Source of the DNA: a virus
Lineage: Duplodnaviria; Caudoviricetes
IMG/VR virus record: IMGVR_UViG_3300005253_000102
Coordinates: 1-53,846 of that record
DNA: 53,846 nucleotides
Strand: one strand, 5' to 3'
Part shown: positions 8,330-18,125 of the stretch, in pieces
Numbering within the stretch: position 1 is the stretch's first letter
Layout of the letters: each line of letters begins with the position of its first letter
Notes under the pieces: model-generated
The model's database searches: none
What the model saw: the letters and a program-made list of their open reading frames with translations, nothing else
What the model was told of the DNA's origin: nothing
Made by a program: the position numbers and the translations under genes

Positions 8330-8406
8330 GGACCTCTAGCTCCAATGGTTAGAGCATCGGCCTGTTAAGCCGAAGTGTCTCGGTTCAAATCCGAGGGGGT
8401 CCTCCA
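8330..8406 (+). tRNA. tRNA-Asn(GTT)
   Basis: TCGGC-CTGTTAA-GCCGA, encoded CCA; discriminator base is T. Confidence 0.9.
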
Positions 8407-8414
8407 AAATATGC

Positions 8415-8490
8415 TGGGATGTAGTTCAGTTGGTAGAACGCTTGACTCTGAATCAAGAGGCCGAAAGTTCAAATCTTTCCATCCCGGCCA
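8415..8490 (+). tRNA. tRNA-Gln(CTG)
   Basis: CTTGA-CTCTGAA-TCAAG, encoded CCA. Confidence 0.9.
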
Positions 8491-8496
8491 AATTAT

Positions 8497-8571
8497 GCCG
8501 GTGTAGCTCACCTGGTAGAGCGGCGGTCTTGTAAACCGCTGAAGAGGGTTCAAGTCCTTTCACCGGCTCCA
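8497..8571 (+). tRNA. tRNA-Thr(TGT)
   Basis: GCGGT-CTTGTAA-ACCGC, encoded CCA. Confidence 0.92.
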
Positions 8572-8579
8572 AAATAGTT

Positions 8580-8608
8580 GCACTTTATATGAATATTGAA
8601 TGTATAAT
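8580..8608 (+). promoter_or_regulatory. putative promoter for a leaderless mRNA
   Basis: GCACTT-N15-TG-TATAAT, 5 nt before ATG 8614, no SD sequence. Confidence 0.6.
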
Positions 8609-8613
8609 GATAT

Positions 8614-10024
<1,411 letters not shown>

Positions 10025-10045
10025 TTGGCTCTGTAGCACCTCCAA

Positions 10046-10249
10046 ATGATGACAAGAAAAGAAAGAAAAGTACAGAAAGCACTCGGGACGTGGTCACCAA
10101 AATTAGAAGACTATTATAAGTCTTTTGAGTTTTGGGTAGTGTACGGTGACTATGGAAGAAACTATGGAGTTAGGGTATTTCACGTTTGGATTTGGAAGCT
10201 ACTGATTGTATATAGGCAGGGTTTTGAGATTGCGTGGAACCCAGAATAA
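10046..10249 (+). CDS. small QxALG-tag protein
   Basis: N-terminal TRKERKVQKALGT. Confidence 0.65.
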   Translation: MMTRKERKVQKALGTWSPKLEDYYKSFEFWVVYGDYGRNYGVRVFHVWIWKLLIVYRQGFEIAWNPE

Positions 10250-10251
10250 AT

Positions 10252-10325
10252 GCGGGTGTGATGTAGTGGTAGCATGTCAGTCTTCCAAACTGAGCGCGAG
10301 GGTCCAATCCCCTCCACCCGCTCCA
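10252..10325 (+). tRNA. tRNA-Gly(TCC)
   Basis: GCGGGTG/CACCCGC-T-CCA, TCAGT-CTTCCAA-ACTGA; T loop is TCCAATC. Confidence 0.9.
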
Positions 10326-10332
10326 ATTTTTT

Positions 10333-10361
10333 GTACCTTTATGAAAACTTAAGTGTATAAT
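10333..10361 (+). promoter_or_regulatory. putative promoter for a leaderless mRNA
   Basis: GTACCT-N15-TG-TATAAT-TAGT-ATG. Confidence 0.6.
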
Positions 10362-10365
10362 TAGT

Positions 10366-10581
10366 ATGATAAAGATACTTGTAATATCTTATAGGTGGAT
10401 TATACAACGATGTATATTTTGTGGCAGTAAGAAAAGATCGTATCATCCATTTGGTACTTTACATTGTTGTCCTACCGACGCAGCAGATATTCAAAGCAAT
10501 GGAGTTAATGGATGTTCTTTGTCGCGAAAGTTTATAACATGTAAAGAAGCAAAAATACAACGGGCATTAGGACTTTTATGA
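10366..10581 (+). CDS. small Cys-rich QxALG-tag protein (paralog of the next gene)
   Basis: RCIFCGS...CPTD...CSLS, C-terminal TCKEAKIQRALGLL. Confidence 0.7.
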   Translation: MIKILVISYRWIIQRCIFCGSKKRSYHPFGTLHCCPTDAADIQSNGVNGCSLSRKFITCKEAKIQRALGLL

Positions 10582-10799
10582 AGATACTCACAATGACATG
10601 GAGATGGCTTACAAGAAGGTGTGTATTCTGTGGTAGTGAGAAAAGACCTTATAGTGATAAACACTTTAATATTGAATATTATTGTCCTACTGATCTGAGA
10701 TTTTTACAGGACGTCGAAAACATATGTTGTAGTCTGTCGAACACGTTTATATCACATAAAGAGGTAAAAGTACAAAGGGCTTTAGGACTTTTTTTTTAG
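10578..10799 (+). CDS. small Cys-rich QxALG-tag protein
   Basis: RCVFCGS...CPTD...CSLS, C-terminal SHKEVKVQRALGLFF; ATGA overlap with the previous gene. Confidence 0.7.
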   Translation: MKILTMTWRWLTRRCVFCGSEKRPYSDKHFNIEYYCPTDLRFLQDVENICCSLSNTFISHKEVKVQRALGLFF

Positions 10800-10817
10800 G
10801 TCCAAAAGGATTTTAAG

Positions 10818-11426
10818 ATGTTCTTCATTGGTGATGTTCATGGGCAGTATGCAGCTTACTTTGACTGGCTCAACAAATTCAAATCTCAAAAATCGATTCA
10901 GGTAGGTGACTTTGGGCTAGGTTTTGGTAATGCTACTCCCGCACCTTGGGACATGATTCACCGGTTTATCCGTGGCAATCACGATGACCCTGCTGCGTGT
11001 AATGCACATTCTAATCATCTTGGAGATTACGGTGTTACAGAGGATGGCATATTTTTTGTCGCGGGTGGTTACTCTATTGATGTTGACTGGAGAAAGTCTG
11101 TACAACATGAATATCCCTACCCTATTTGGTGGGAGGATGAAGAAATTGCTGAATCAGAATTTGAAAAGATTCTGGAACTCTATAAAGCTACAAAACCAAA
11201 AATTGTAGTTTCACATGATTGTCCTTCAGAGATCAGGGATACTCTACTTGAAGGTGGTCATCCACATCGCAATCGGACTAGTGATGGATTACTGTCCGCA
11301 ATGTTTAAAGCACACCAACCTGAGCTTTGGGTATTTGGACACTATCATGAGTCAATTGATATGAAAGTCAATGATACCCGCTTTAAAGGTCTTGCTGAAC
11401 TTGAAGTATTTGAATATGTTATATAA
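10818..11426 (+). CDS. calcineurin-like metallophosphoesterase
   Basis: GDVHG, VGDFG, RGNHD, VSHD, GHYH motifs. Confidence 0.9.
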   Translation: MFFIGDVHGQYAAYFDWLNKFKSQKSIQVGDFGLGFGNATPAPWDMIHRFIRGNHDDPAACNAHSNHLGDYGVTEDGIFFVAGGYSIDVDWRKSVQHEYPYPIWWEDEEIAESEFEKILELYKATKPKIVVSHDCPSEIRDTLLEGGHPHRNRTSDGLLSAMFKAHQPELWVFGHYHESIDMKVNDTRFKGLAELEVFEYVI

Positions 11427-11517
11427 TTACGGGCGGTGGTAGTGTGGACTACCAGGCGCTCTTGGATTGGTCTTCGCTGTTCGAATCAGTAAGGAGTGTT
11501 TCCACGCCGTCCGTAAT
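11426..11517 (+). ncRNA. putative small RNA containing a tRNA elbow-like module
   Basis: Outer stem ATTACGGGCGG/CCGTCCGTAAT, hairpin GGTAGT-GTGG-ACTACC, inner stem enclosing GGA-TTGG-TCT and GCTG-TTCGAAT-CAGT. Confidence 0.55.
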
Positions 11518-11560
11518 CTAAAATTTAATTATAGCCGCCGGGAACTATATTATAAGCAAA

Positions 11561-11599
11561 TAAAAGAGCTTGATGATAGTATATCATCAAGCTCTTTTA
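11561..11599. terminator. perfect 18-bp inverted repeat, possible bidirectional terminator
   Basis: TAAAAGAGCTTGATGATA-GTA-TATCATCAAGCTCTTTTA. Confidence 0.55.
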
Positions 11600-11610
11600 C
11601 ATTATAATAT

Positions 11611-11681
11611 GGGCCGGTGAGCTAGCGGATAAGCTGTCCTTTTTACTGGGCGAATCGGGAGTTCGAATCTCCTCCGGTCCA
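11611..11681 (+). tRNA. aberrant tRNA (Val-like body, 8-nt anticodon loop TTTTTACT)
   Basis: GGGCCGG/CCGGTCC-A acceptor, TGTCC/GGGCG stem, GGGAG-TTCGAAT-CTCCT T arm. Confidence 0.65.
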
Positions 11682-11691
11682 CTATTTCAAA

Positions 11692-11721
11692 GGACCCATC
11701 TTCACATCTAAAGTGTATAAT
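11692..11721 (+). promoter_or_regulatory. putative promoter for a leaderless mRNA
   Basis: GGACCC-N16-TG-TATAAT-TAGT-ATG; AAGTGTATAATTAGTATG is identical to 10351-10368. Confidence 0.6.
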
Positions 11722-11725
11722 TAGT

Positions 11726-12346
11726 ATGAACGCATCTACAATAAACTTCGCGGTTAAGAAGGCTGTGCAGACACCTCCTCGTGCGTCGCAATATCTTAGG
11801 CTACATCCTTTAGCCACAACAGTTTACCATTACGATGGTTCGTGGATTGTATCTACGCCAGCGGCGACGAGGGGTATGATCGAATTAGTATGTAGTGGTA
11901 AGGGTGATTTTGAAATTATGCGTTTGATCGATCGAGGGGTGCTTGTGCTAGATATAGTGAGTGATAAAGAGTATGAAGTGCAACTTGCCGTAGGTTCAGT
12001 TGATTATAGAACTTACCGTCTGCAAAGCAAGATCGCCGCGAAATATCAGTTCTCTTATGATACCTTGATGACCTTGTCAATGATTGAAAATTTGATAGTT
12101 CTCTGTGATTATAATATCTTTGCCGAGGCTCAGGGGCCTTCATCCGACGGTCAGAAATATTTAGAAATTATTCCAAGAAATGGTACTGTAACTTATGACT
12201 ATCTCAATAATCCAATCTTAAATCCGACGAATACAGTACATTATGTTGATAAGTTTAGCTTTACCGATATGCTCCGTCGTGGAATTATAGTACGCCGGGG
12301 ACATAAGTGGAGGTTAAGCAGAAACTACTGGGAGTTTAAACTCTAG
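11726..12346 (+). CDS. QxALG-tag protein, possibly two winged-helix-like domains
   Basis: RLIDRGVL...SDKEYEVQLAVGS...YRL and a second unit DMLRRGII...WRLS. Confidence 0.65.
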   Translation: MNASTINFAVKKAVQTPPRASQYLRLHPLATTVYHYDGSWIVSTPAATRGMIELVCSGKGDFEIMRLIDRGVLVLDIVSDKEYEVQLAVGSVDYRTYRLQSKIAAKYQFSYDTLMTLSMIENLIVLCDYNIFAEAQGPSSDGQKYLEIIPRNGTVTYDYLNNPILNPTNTVHYVDKFSFTDMLRRGIIVRRGHKWRLSRNYWEFKL

Positions 12347-12485
12347 GATGCCGAAAAATACCCACCGCCAAAAAATTCCAAAACCCCGTTTTTGCTTCGC
12401 AAAAGCAGCGAGAAATGAGGGTCGGGAAGGTAGTATACCATTACTTTGAAATTTTTGAGAGAACTGTGTGTATTATAAAGTATCA

Positions 12486-12827
12486 ATGAGCAACTACGAT
12501 TTTACTGGCACTGAGCGTAAATTTATTAGCATGTTTCTTAATGTGTGTCAAAAAGTAGTAAATTGGAAAGAATATGGTCCTACAGAATGGTATACAATGT
12601 TCGATCCGTCCGTTGTAGGTGATTCTATTTTGCCTATTATATTGAAAACAAAACCTGCAGAGCGTCGAATTATTCGAATGATGGTTAAACTAGAGTTGCT
12701 CTTGCCAGAGATTGAAGATGATAAAGAATACGCAGTACAACGTGCATTAGGCTGTGTTATAGGACGAATTTACTATATGCCTAAAGAAATACGAGAAGAG
12801 CTTAAAGATGAGGCAATAGACATATGA
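12486..12827 (+). CDS. QxALG-tag protein
   Basis: DDKEYAVQRALGC; ATG 12486 lies shortly after TGTATTATAAA. Confidence 0.65.
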   Translation: MSNYDFTGTERKFISMFLNVCQKVVNWKEYGPTEWYTMFDPSVVGDSILPIILKTKPAERRIIRMMVKLELLLPEIEDDKEYAVQRALGCVIGRIYYMPKEIREELKDEAIDI

Positions 12828-13147
12828 GTTGTGCATTTTCATACTTATACTTACCTGCACAATACAGGGAAGTAATTATACGTCTTCTTTCTCACCATAA
12901 TAGTTTTATTGTACAATATCCAGAGCCTCGCCCGAATAATGCTCATAGGTGGTTTTTTGTGATGGCACCAAAAAGTAAACAGTCTCAGGTAATTCCTGAC
13001 GAAATAGGTAAATACTTAGTTGATTCTGGTTGGGTAGATCCTGAATTAAGTGATGAAGAATATCAAGTACAAATAGCGTTAGGTTCTATTGATTGTAGGG
13101 TATATAAAATAGCACCTGCGAAACCAAAAGATTTGAAGGAAATATAG
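12824..13147 (+). CDS. QxALG-tag protein, winged-helix-like
   Basis: YLVDSGWV...SDEEYQVQIALGS...YKI. Confidence 0.65.
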   Translation: MSCAFSYLYLPAQYREVIIRLLSHHNSFIVQYPEPRPNNAHRWFFVMAPKSKQSQVIPDEIGKYLVDSGWVDPELSDEEYQVQIALGSIDCRVYKIAPAKPKDLKEI

Positions 13148-13431
13148 TGAATCATAGTGAGAAGTTACAAAAGTGTCTGGACGCGAAAGACGCTGTAGAG
13201 ATAATTGCAGAAGAAAAAGTCACTGGTAAACTTTCTGAAGTAGGTGACGATTATGTTGCTATTGTTCACGCAGTTGAACGGGAAATTATCGAAACAGTTA
13301 CAATTACTGAAGGTGAGCGTAAAGGTGAAACAGAAGAGCAGAAGCATACTATAGTAATTGAACTAGAAACCATTATACTTCTTAAAGATATTCATGCAGT
13401 ATCAAGAATTATGAAGAAGAAATTTAAGTAA
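13147..13431 (+). CDS. hypothetical protein, possible Sm/SH3-like beta barrel
   Basis: VTGKLSEVGDDYVAI...IILLKDIHAV pattern; AAGGA RBS. Confidence 0.55.
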   Translation: MNHSEKLQKCLDAKDAVEIIAEEKVTGKLSEVGDDYVAIVHAVEREIIETVTITEGERKGETEEQKHTIVIELETIILLKDIHAVSRIMKKKFK

Positions 13432-13820
13432 TGCATGATACACCACCGTATCCAGGAAGAAGACCCCGATTGGACTTTGATGAACTTAAAATGCAAATTG
13501 CATTAGGGACTCTTCCACCTGAATACATAGGGTTACAAGTACATGATCCTGAGGTTTTGGATAGGTTAGCAAACCTTCCTGATGAAGACATCCGCGCTGC
13601 TGTTGCAGTACATCCTAAGGTACGTTTAAGTACTCTACTGCGATTGATAGAGGACTCTACTACTGGTTCGACTCTATTAGTTTTACTCGCAGCACATTCA
13701 AAAGTACCTGAAGAAGTATTGTTCAAATTAGCTAAACATAAAGATCCTCGAGTGAGTGAAGAAGCAAAGGGTGTTTTATTCATTCGGAGTAAAGGAAGGA
13801 TAAATATTCAAGATGATTGA
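13431..13820 (+). CDS. QxALG-tag protein with LRV/HEAT-like repeats
   Basis: FDELKMQIALGT followed by PEVLDRLA..DEDIRAAVAVHP and PEEVLFKLAKHKDPRV. Confidence 0.7.
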   Translation: MHDTPPYPGRRPRLDFDELKMQIALGTLPPEYIGLQVHDPEVLDRLANLPDEDIRAAVAVHPKVRLSTLLRLIEDSTTGSTLLVLLAAHSKVPEEVLFKLAKHKDPRVSEEAKGVLFIRSKGRINIQDD

Positions 13821-13836
13821 AGTAAAGGAGAAATTG

Positions 13837-14115
13837 ATGAACATTGAGCCTCTCGAAGACCGAGTAGTAATAAAGCCTCTTGAAGAAAAGGTAAGGCCTG
13901 GTGGGATTATTATTCCTGTAGAAGCTAAAGAAAAATCGATGGAAGGTACAGTTGTGGCTGCAGGTTCTGGTACAAGACGCCTTAAAGTAGGTGATACAGT
14001 TTTGTACAGTAAATTTGTAGGCACTGAAGTTACTTATCAGGATGAAGATTTTCTCATTATGAAAGAATCTGAAGTTCTTGCAATAATTGGATCGAATAAT
14101 AATGGAAGAAAATAA
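13837..14115 (+). CDS. groES: co-chaperonin GroES
   Basis: [52 protein letters not shown]; AAGGAG RBS. Confidence 0.95.
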   Translation: MNIEPLEDRVVIKPLEEKVRPGGIIIPVEAKEKSMEGTVVAAGSGTRRLKVGDTVLYSKFVGTEVTYQDEDFLIMKESEVLAIIGSNNNGRK

Positions 14116-14881
14116 AATTGCATCTATACAAACACATTTACGTATTTGTGAAATGTTTGCATCGATTCAAGGCGAAGGAGTTACTGCGGGAGTTCCCTCA
14201 GTATTTGTAAGGTTTTCTGGGTGTAATTTGCAATGTGTTTTCTGTGATACTCCTTATACATGGAATTGGGAAGGTACTGAGTTTGCCCATAATACTAAGG
14301 CGTGGGAAAATTCTAAATATATACAGGCTAACGAAATGTCTACGTACACTCCTATAGAACTAAAAGACAAAATTTGTGAATTAGCAGGTCCTGCAGTCAA
14401 CACCGTTGTACTCACTGGTGGCGAACCTATGTTGTGCAGTAAGACTAAAGCATTTATTGATTTGTTGAAATTGCTTAAAACATACAGATTTAGGATAGAA
14501 GTCGAAACAAACGGTACAATACGACCCAACGATGAAGTTGTTGAATTGGTAGATCAGTTTAACGTTTCGATGAAGTTATCTAATTCAGGTATGTCCTATA
14601 CGAAACGGGTCAAAGAGAGTGCTACTTTATTTTTTGCAGGTAATCCAAAGGCTCGGTTTAAGTTTGTGATTATGAACGAGGGGGATATTAAAGAAGTTCA
14701 AGCGATACAGGAGCGATTTAATATTCCTGCAGGCAAGATTCTTTTGATGCCTGAAGGAAGAACAGAAGAAGAAATTAAAGAACACGCAAAAATCGTAGTA
14801 GATACATGTATGAGTAATGGATATACTTTTTGTAATCGTCTACACATTTGGCTGTGGGGCGGCGAAGCTCGTGAGGTATAA
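14102..14881 (+). CDS. queE: 7-carboxy-7-deazaguanine synthase (radical SAM)
   Basis: [46 protein letters not shown]. Confidence 0.9.
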   Translation: MEENKIASIQTHLRICEMFASIQGEGVTAGVPSVFVRFSGCNLQCVFCDTPYTWNWEGTEFAHNTKAWENSKYIQANEMSTYTPIELKDKICELAGPAVNTVVLTGGEPMLCSKTKAFIDLLKLLKTYRFRIEVETNGTIRPNDEVVELVDQFNVSMKLSNSGMSYTKRVKESATLFFAGNPKARFKFVIMNEGDIKEVQAIQERFNIPAGKILLMPEGRTEEEIKEHAKIVVDTCMSNGYTFCNRLHIWLWGGEAREV

Positions 14882-14894
14882 ATTATAAAGGGTA

Positions 14895-16292
14895 ATGTAT
14901 ATGTGCGATGATGCTAGCTATGACAAAGCAATTCCAGAAGTTGACGATGACGATGATGATTATGCATTTGAAATGGATGATGATCCCTGCATAGAATATT
15001 CTGAATTAAGTTTACATCCAAGGTCTAAAGAAATTCAAAAAGATTTTGATGTCACTCATAAGGTAATTGATATTTCTGTCGCTGAAAAGATTCATTTTGA
15101 TGAGGTGTATGCAGAAATTAAATTCCTTCTTTTCTTTGGTGAAGAACCTACTAACAATCGAAATTGGTATAGTCCTCTTCAACACAATATTCGAGCACAC
15201 GCATTATATATGTTACAGAAGAATGGTAAGATAAGAATTGATGGATTTGACGGCACATCTGCACAAAGCTCGTTAAAAATAAGTTCGAAAATTGAAGTAT
15301 TAGTACCCGCTTCAGGAGCATTTGTAATTACTTTGGCGGATGGTACAGAAGTAGTTATCAGGTTGACCAGGGGAAGTACAATAGAATGGGCGGTTTTTTG
15401 TAAAAATTCTGTGGAATACAGTAAATGGGATAAAATGTTCCGTGCTGCTGTAAAGGAATATAATCAGTATAAAGATAGTATATTTGATCAGGAGGGTAAG
15501 TTCATTGATTTACCCCAGGTCTCTTTTGAGGATATTTTTCTTGATGCAAAAATTCGTAAGGTAGTACAAACAAATATTATTGATTACATTGATAAAAAGA
15601 AAGTACTCATTAAACAACATAATGGAATTCCTACAAAGCGTGGAGTTATTTTTGCAGGAGATCCTGGCACGGGTAAAACGTTTTTATCAAGGGTATTAGC
15701 CAATACATTAAATACTACTTTTATGGTAATCACAAATTTATCTTCTTTGAATGAATTAAAGTCTATTTTTAGGTTTGTAGCACAATTTGATAGAGTTGTA
15801 TTACTATTTGAAGATATCGATATTTATATAAAGCATCGTGAGCTTGGATCTGGACTACTTCCTACTATGCTTAATGCCCTTGATGGGATTGAAACAATTA
15901 CAAATCATTTGGTTGTCCTTTGTACTACAAATAATGTTGAATCATTTGATGATGCTTTAAAAAATCGGCCAGGAAGATTTGACACAATTCTTATATTTGA
16001 TGCGCCGAACAAAGACTTGAAACAAACAATGTTAAAAGGATTTTGTAAAGAAAAGGATGTAGCAGATACGGACTTTGTAAAGGTTATTGATATGGTGCCG
16101 TCGAAATATACTGGCGCGCATTTAAAAGAATTATATATCTCCGCGTGTATATTGGCAATTGAAGAAAATAGTATGAATGCAAAGGATATAGTTATTTTAA
16201 CTACCGATATATTTGAGCGTGCCCTAAACAGAGTAGAGAGAGGTGCAACACATAAACATGTAATAGGTTTTGGTAATGATAACAAAGAATGA
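14895..16292 (+). CDS. AAA+ ATPase (FtsH/Cdc48-type AAA domain)
   Basis: Walker A GDPGTGKT, Walker B LLFEDID, LNALDG, TTNN, NRPGRFD. Confidence 0.9.
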   Translation: MYMCDDASYDKAIPEVDDDDDDYAFEMDDDPCIEYSELSLHPRSKEIQKDFDVTHKVIDISVAEKIHFDEVYAEIKFLLFFGEEPTNNRNWYSPLQHNIRAHALYMLQKNGKIRIDGFDGTSAQSSLKISSKIEVLVPASGAFVITLADGTEVVIRLTRGSTIEWAVFCKNSVEYSKWDKMFRAAVKEYNQYKDSIFDQEGKFIDLPQVSFEDIFLDAKIRKVVQTNIIDYIDKKKVLIKQHNGIPTKRGVIFAGDPGTGKTFLSRVLANTLNTTFMVITNLSSLNELKSIFRFVAQFDRVVLLFEDIDIYIKHRELGSGLLPTMLNALDGIETITNHLVVLCTTNNVESFDDALKNRPGRFDTILIFDAPNKDLKQTMLKGFCKEKDVADTDFVKVIDMVPSKYTGAHLKELYISACILAIEENSMNAKDIVILTTDIFERALNRVERGATHKHVIGFGNDNKE

Positions 16293-16620
16293 AATTGATG
16301 TACAAATTGCATTGGGCACTGTAGACACACCTCAACAAATTGCACGGTTAGTTAGAAATACTGTTGATGTAGAAGCGTTAGAGTGGGCAATTAAGTATAG
16401 GAATACTAAAGTTCGTGCAGCTGCAATTAATAATGCTGCATTACCAATAGGTTTACTTTTATGTGCATGTGTTTTTGAGACTAGTAAAACAACTAAAGAA
16501 GTGCTTGAGAGAGTTGTTAGTGAACGTCGTGGGGAAATAGAATGTGTATTAAATGTAATAAAATATTATCCTCAACTATCGATGGATTGGAATGATGCCG
16601 CTACCCCCAAACACAGTTGA
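16276..16620 (+). CDS. QxALG-tag protein with an LRV/HEAT-like repeat
   Basis: TKNEIDVQIALGT...KVRAAAINNAALP. Confidence 0.7.
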   Translation: MITKNEIDVQIALGTVDTPQQIARLVRNTVDVEALEWAIKYRNTKVRAAAINNAALPIGLLLCACVFETSKTTKEVLERVVSERRGEIECVLNVIKYYPQLSMDWNDAATPKHS

Positions 16621-16822
16621 AGTTAAACCAGAAAATAAATGTGATGTGTGCGGAGAAAAGAATGCAAGGTACTATAACATTACATACTACATTCACGTAT
16701 GTGGTATGAAATGTTTTGAAGAATTTATTGTAGGGTATAATAGAGAAATAGAAGAAATTTCTCGAAAGTTACTTAAACCTGATGAAACTGATGCAGTGAG
16801 GAAAGAGAAGGATGATTTGTAG
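16592..16822 (+). CDS. zinc-finger hypothetical protein
   Basis: CDVC...VCGMKC. Confidence 0.55.
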   Translation: MMPLPPNTVEVKPENKCDVCGEKNARYYNITYYIHVCGMKCFEEFIVGYNREIEEISRKLLKPDETDAVRKEKDDL

Positions 16823-17558
16823 TGTTGAGTTGCCTATAAAGTATTTGAATCATTCAGGATATTTTGACTTTGACTTTGTTATTGCGAGTACATGTTTGAA
16901 GTACCCTGAATATATGAAGTATTTCATGGATATGAAAGATGAAAGCGCTAGATTTGTTATATTAGACAATGGTGCATTTGAAACAGGTGAAGCTATTCAA
17001 GATGAAGAATATATTGAACTAGCAAGAAAACTTCAACCGGATGTGCTAGTTGTTCCGGATGTATATAAGGACAATGCTGCAACGGGTAGTAGAGCGGTTA
17101 AATTTTTTGATGTATGGAAAAGTTATCCAGTAGAAGGTGCAGCATTAATGGGGGTACTTCAAGGAAATTCTTGGGATACTCTTGTATCTATGTATCGAAC
17201 ATTATATTCTTCTGTTTGTCAATATATAGGTCTTCCGTACGCCACAGGCATAGACCGCTACCAGTTCTTGAAGGCTCATCCTGAAATACATAATGTGCAC
17301 ATTTTAGGAGTACCCACATTGACTGAAATATATGGGCTAAGGCTTCTTCCGAATGTTGTGTCGATTGATTCATCTCTTCCTATTAAATGTGCGAAGGACG
17401 GAAAGCTTATCAACGAGGCGTTAATATCAGATTCTTATGCACAACCCGATGAAACAGGGTTGGATCCTTTAACATTATCATATAATTTGCAAATGTTCAC
17501 AGCATTATGCAATGGTAAAACAGAAATAGTTCCTATAATATCGGAGGTTACAGAATGA
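16812..17558 (+). CDS. tRNA-guanine-transglycosylase-like (DpdA-like) TIM-barrel protein
   Basis: ILDNGAF, VVPDV, MGVLQG, VHILG, SIDSS motifs in TGT order; near queE. Confidence 0.7.
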   Translation: MICSVELPIKYLNHSGYFDFDFVIASTCLKYPEYMKYFMDMKDESARFVILDNGAFETGEAIQDEEYIELARKLQPDVLVVPDVYKDNAATGSRAVKFFDVWKSYPVEGAALMGVLQGNSWDTLVSMYRTLYSSVCQYIGLPYATGIDRYQFLKAHPEIHNVHILGVPTLTEIYGLRLLPNVVSIDSSLPIKCAKDGKLINEALISDSYAQPDETGLDPLTLSYNLQMFTALCNGKTEIVPIISEVTE

Positions 17559-18124
17559 AAGCAATAGATTTGGGCCGTATAGATTACGATGGCTCCCAAT
17601 TGCATCACGCATTTGCATATGAGCAGGCTAATAAATTGGGCGCAACCATTTGCTATTTTAGAGGCAATGCAAACGTGAAAGAACATCTTGTTGATCTGGA
17701 AGATTCGCTTGCTGATGACTTTATCAAGTCTGAGGAGATGTGGCATTTTATTATTGAAATTCCCAAAGCCACGATTACCGAAATGGTGGTGTGGCAGAGA
17801 TTGTTCATTTCTATGTGTATTGATAATCTTAGGGCATTTGAAGCAGTTCTTGAACTTGGTATCACTCGTGAAGGTGATGACATTATGGTAGGAGATAGAA
17901 AGCTTTCTGTTTCTATTGCTACATTATCGCGTTTTAGTGGATTAATTCATGTAGGAATTAACATCAATGTAGGAGAGGGATGTCCTGTTGAAGCAATTGG
18001 TTTAAATGAGTTTATAAAAGAAAAAGAAAGATGCTCTTCAATATTTGGTGGAAATATGGCGGTGGCTTTTGCAGAAGAATATGAAGATGTTAAAAACGCA
18101 ACTTTTAAAGTGATTGAGGTGTAG
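17555..18124 (+). CDS. DUF366 family protein (biotin/lipoate-ligase-like fold)
   Basis: YDGSQL, MWHFIIE, QRLF, REGDDI, RKLSVSIAT, IHVGINI, AIGL. Confidence 0.8.
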   Translation: MKAIDLGRIDYDGSQLHHAFAYEQANKLGATICYFRGNANVKEHLVDLEDSLADDFIKSEEMWHFIIEIPKATITEMVVWQRLFISMCIDNLRAFEAVLELGITREGDDIMVGDRKLSVSIATLSRFSGLIHVGININVGEGCPVEAIGLNEFIKEKERCSSIFGGNMAVAFAEEYEDVKNATFKVIEV

Positions 18125-18125
18125 T

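Noticed and set aside
8365-8553. Minus-strand ORFs over tRNA genes and other antisense or alternative-frame ORFs in the track (e.g. 31291-32019, 45033-45563)
   Set aside because: They are shadows of tRNAs or of well-supported genes, with no RBS or recognisable motifs.
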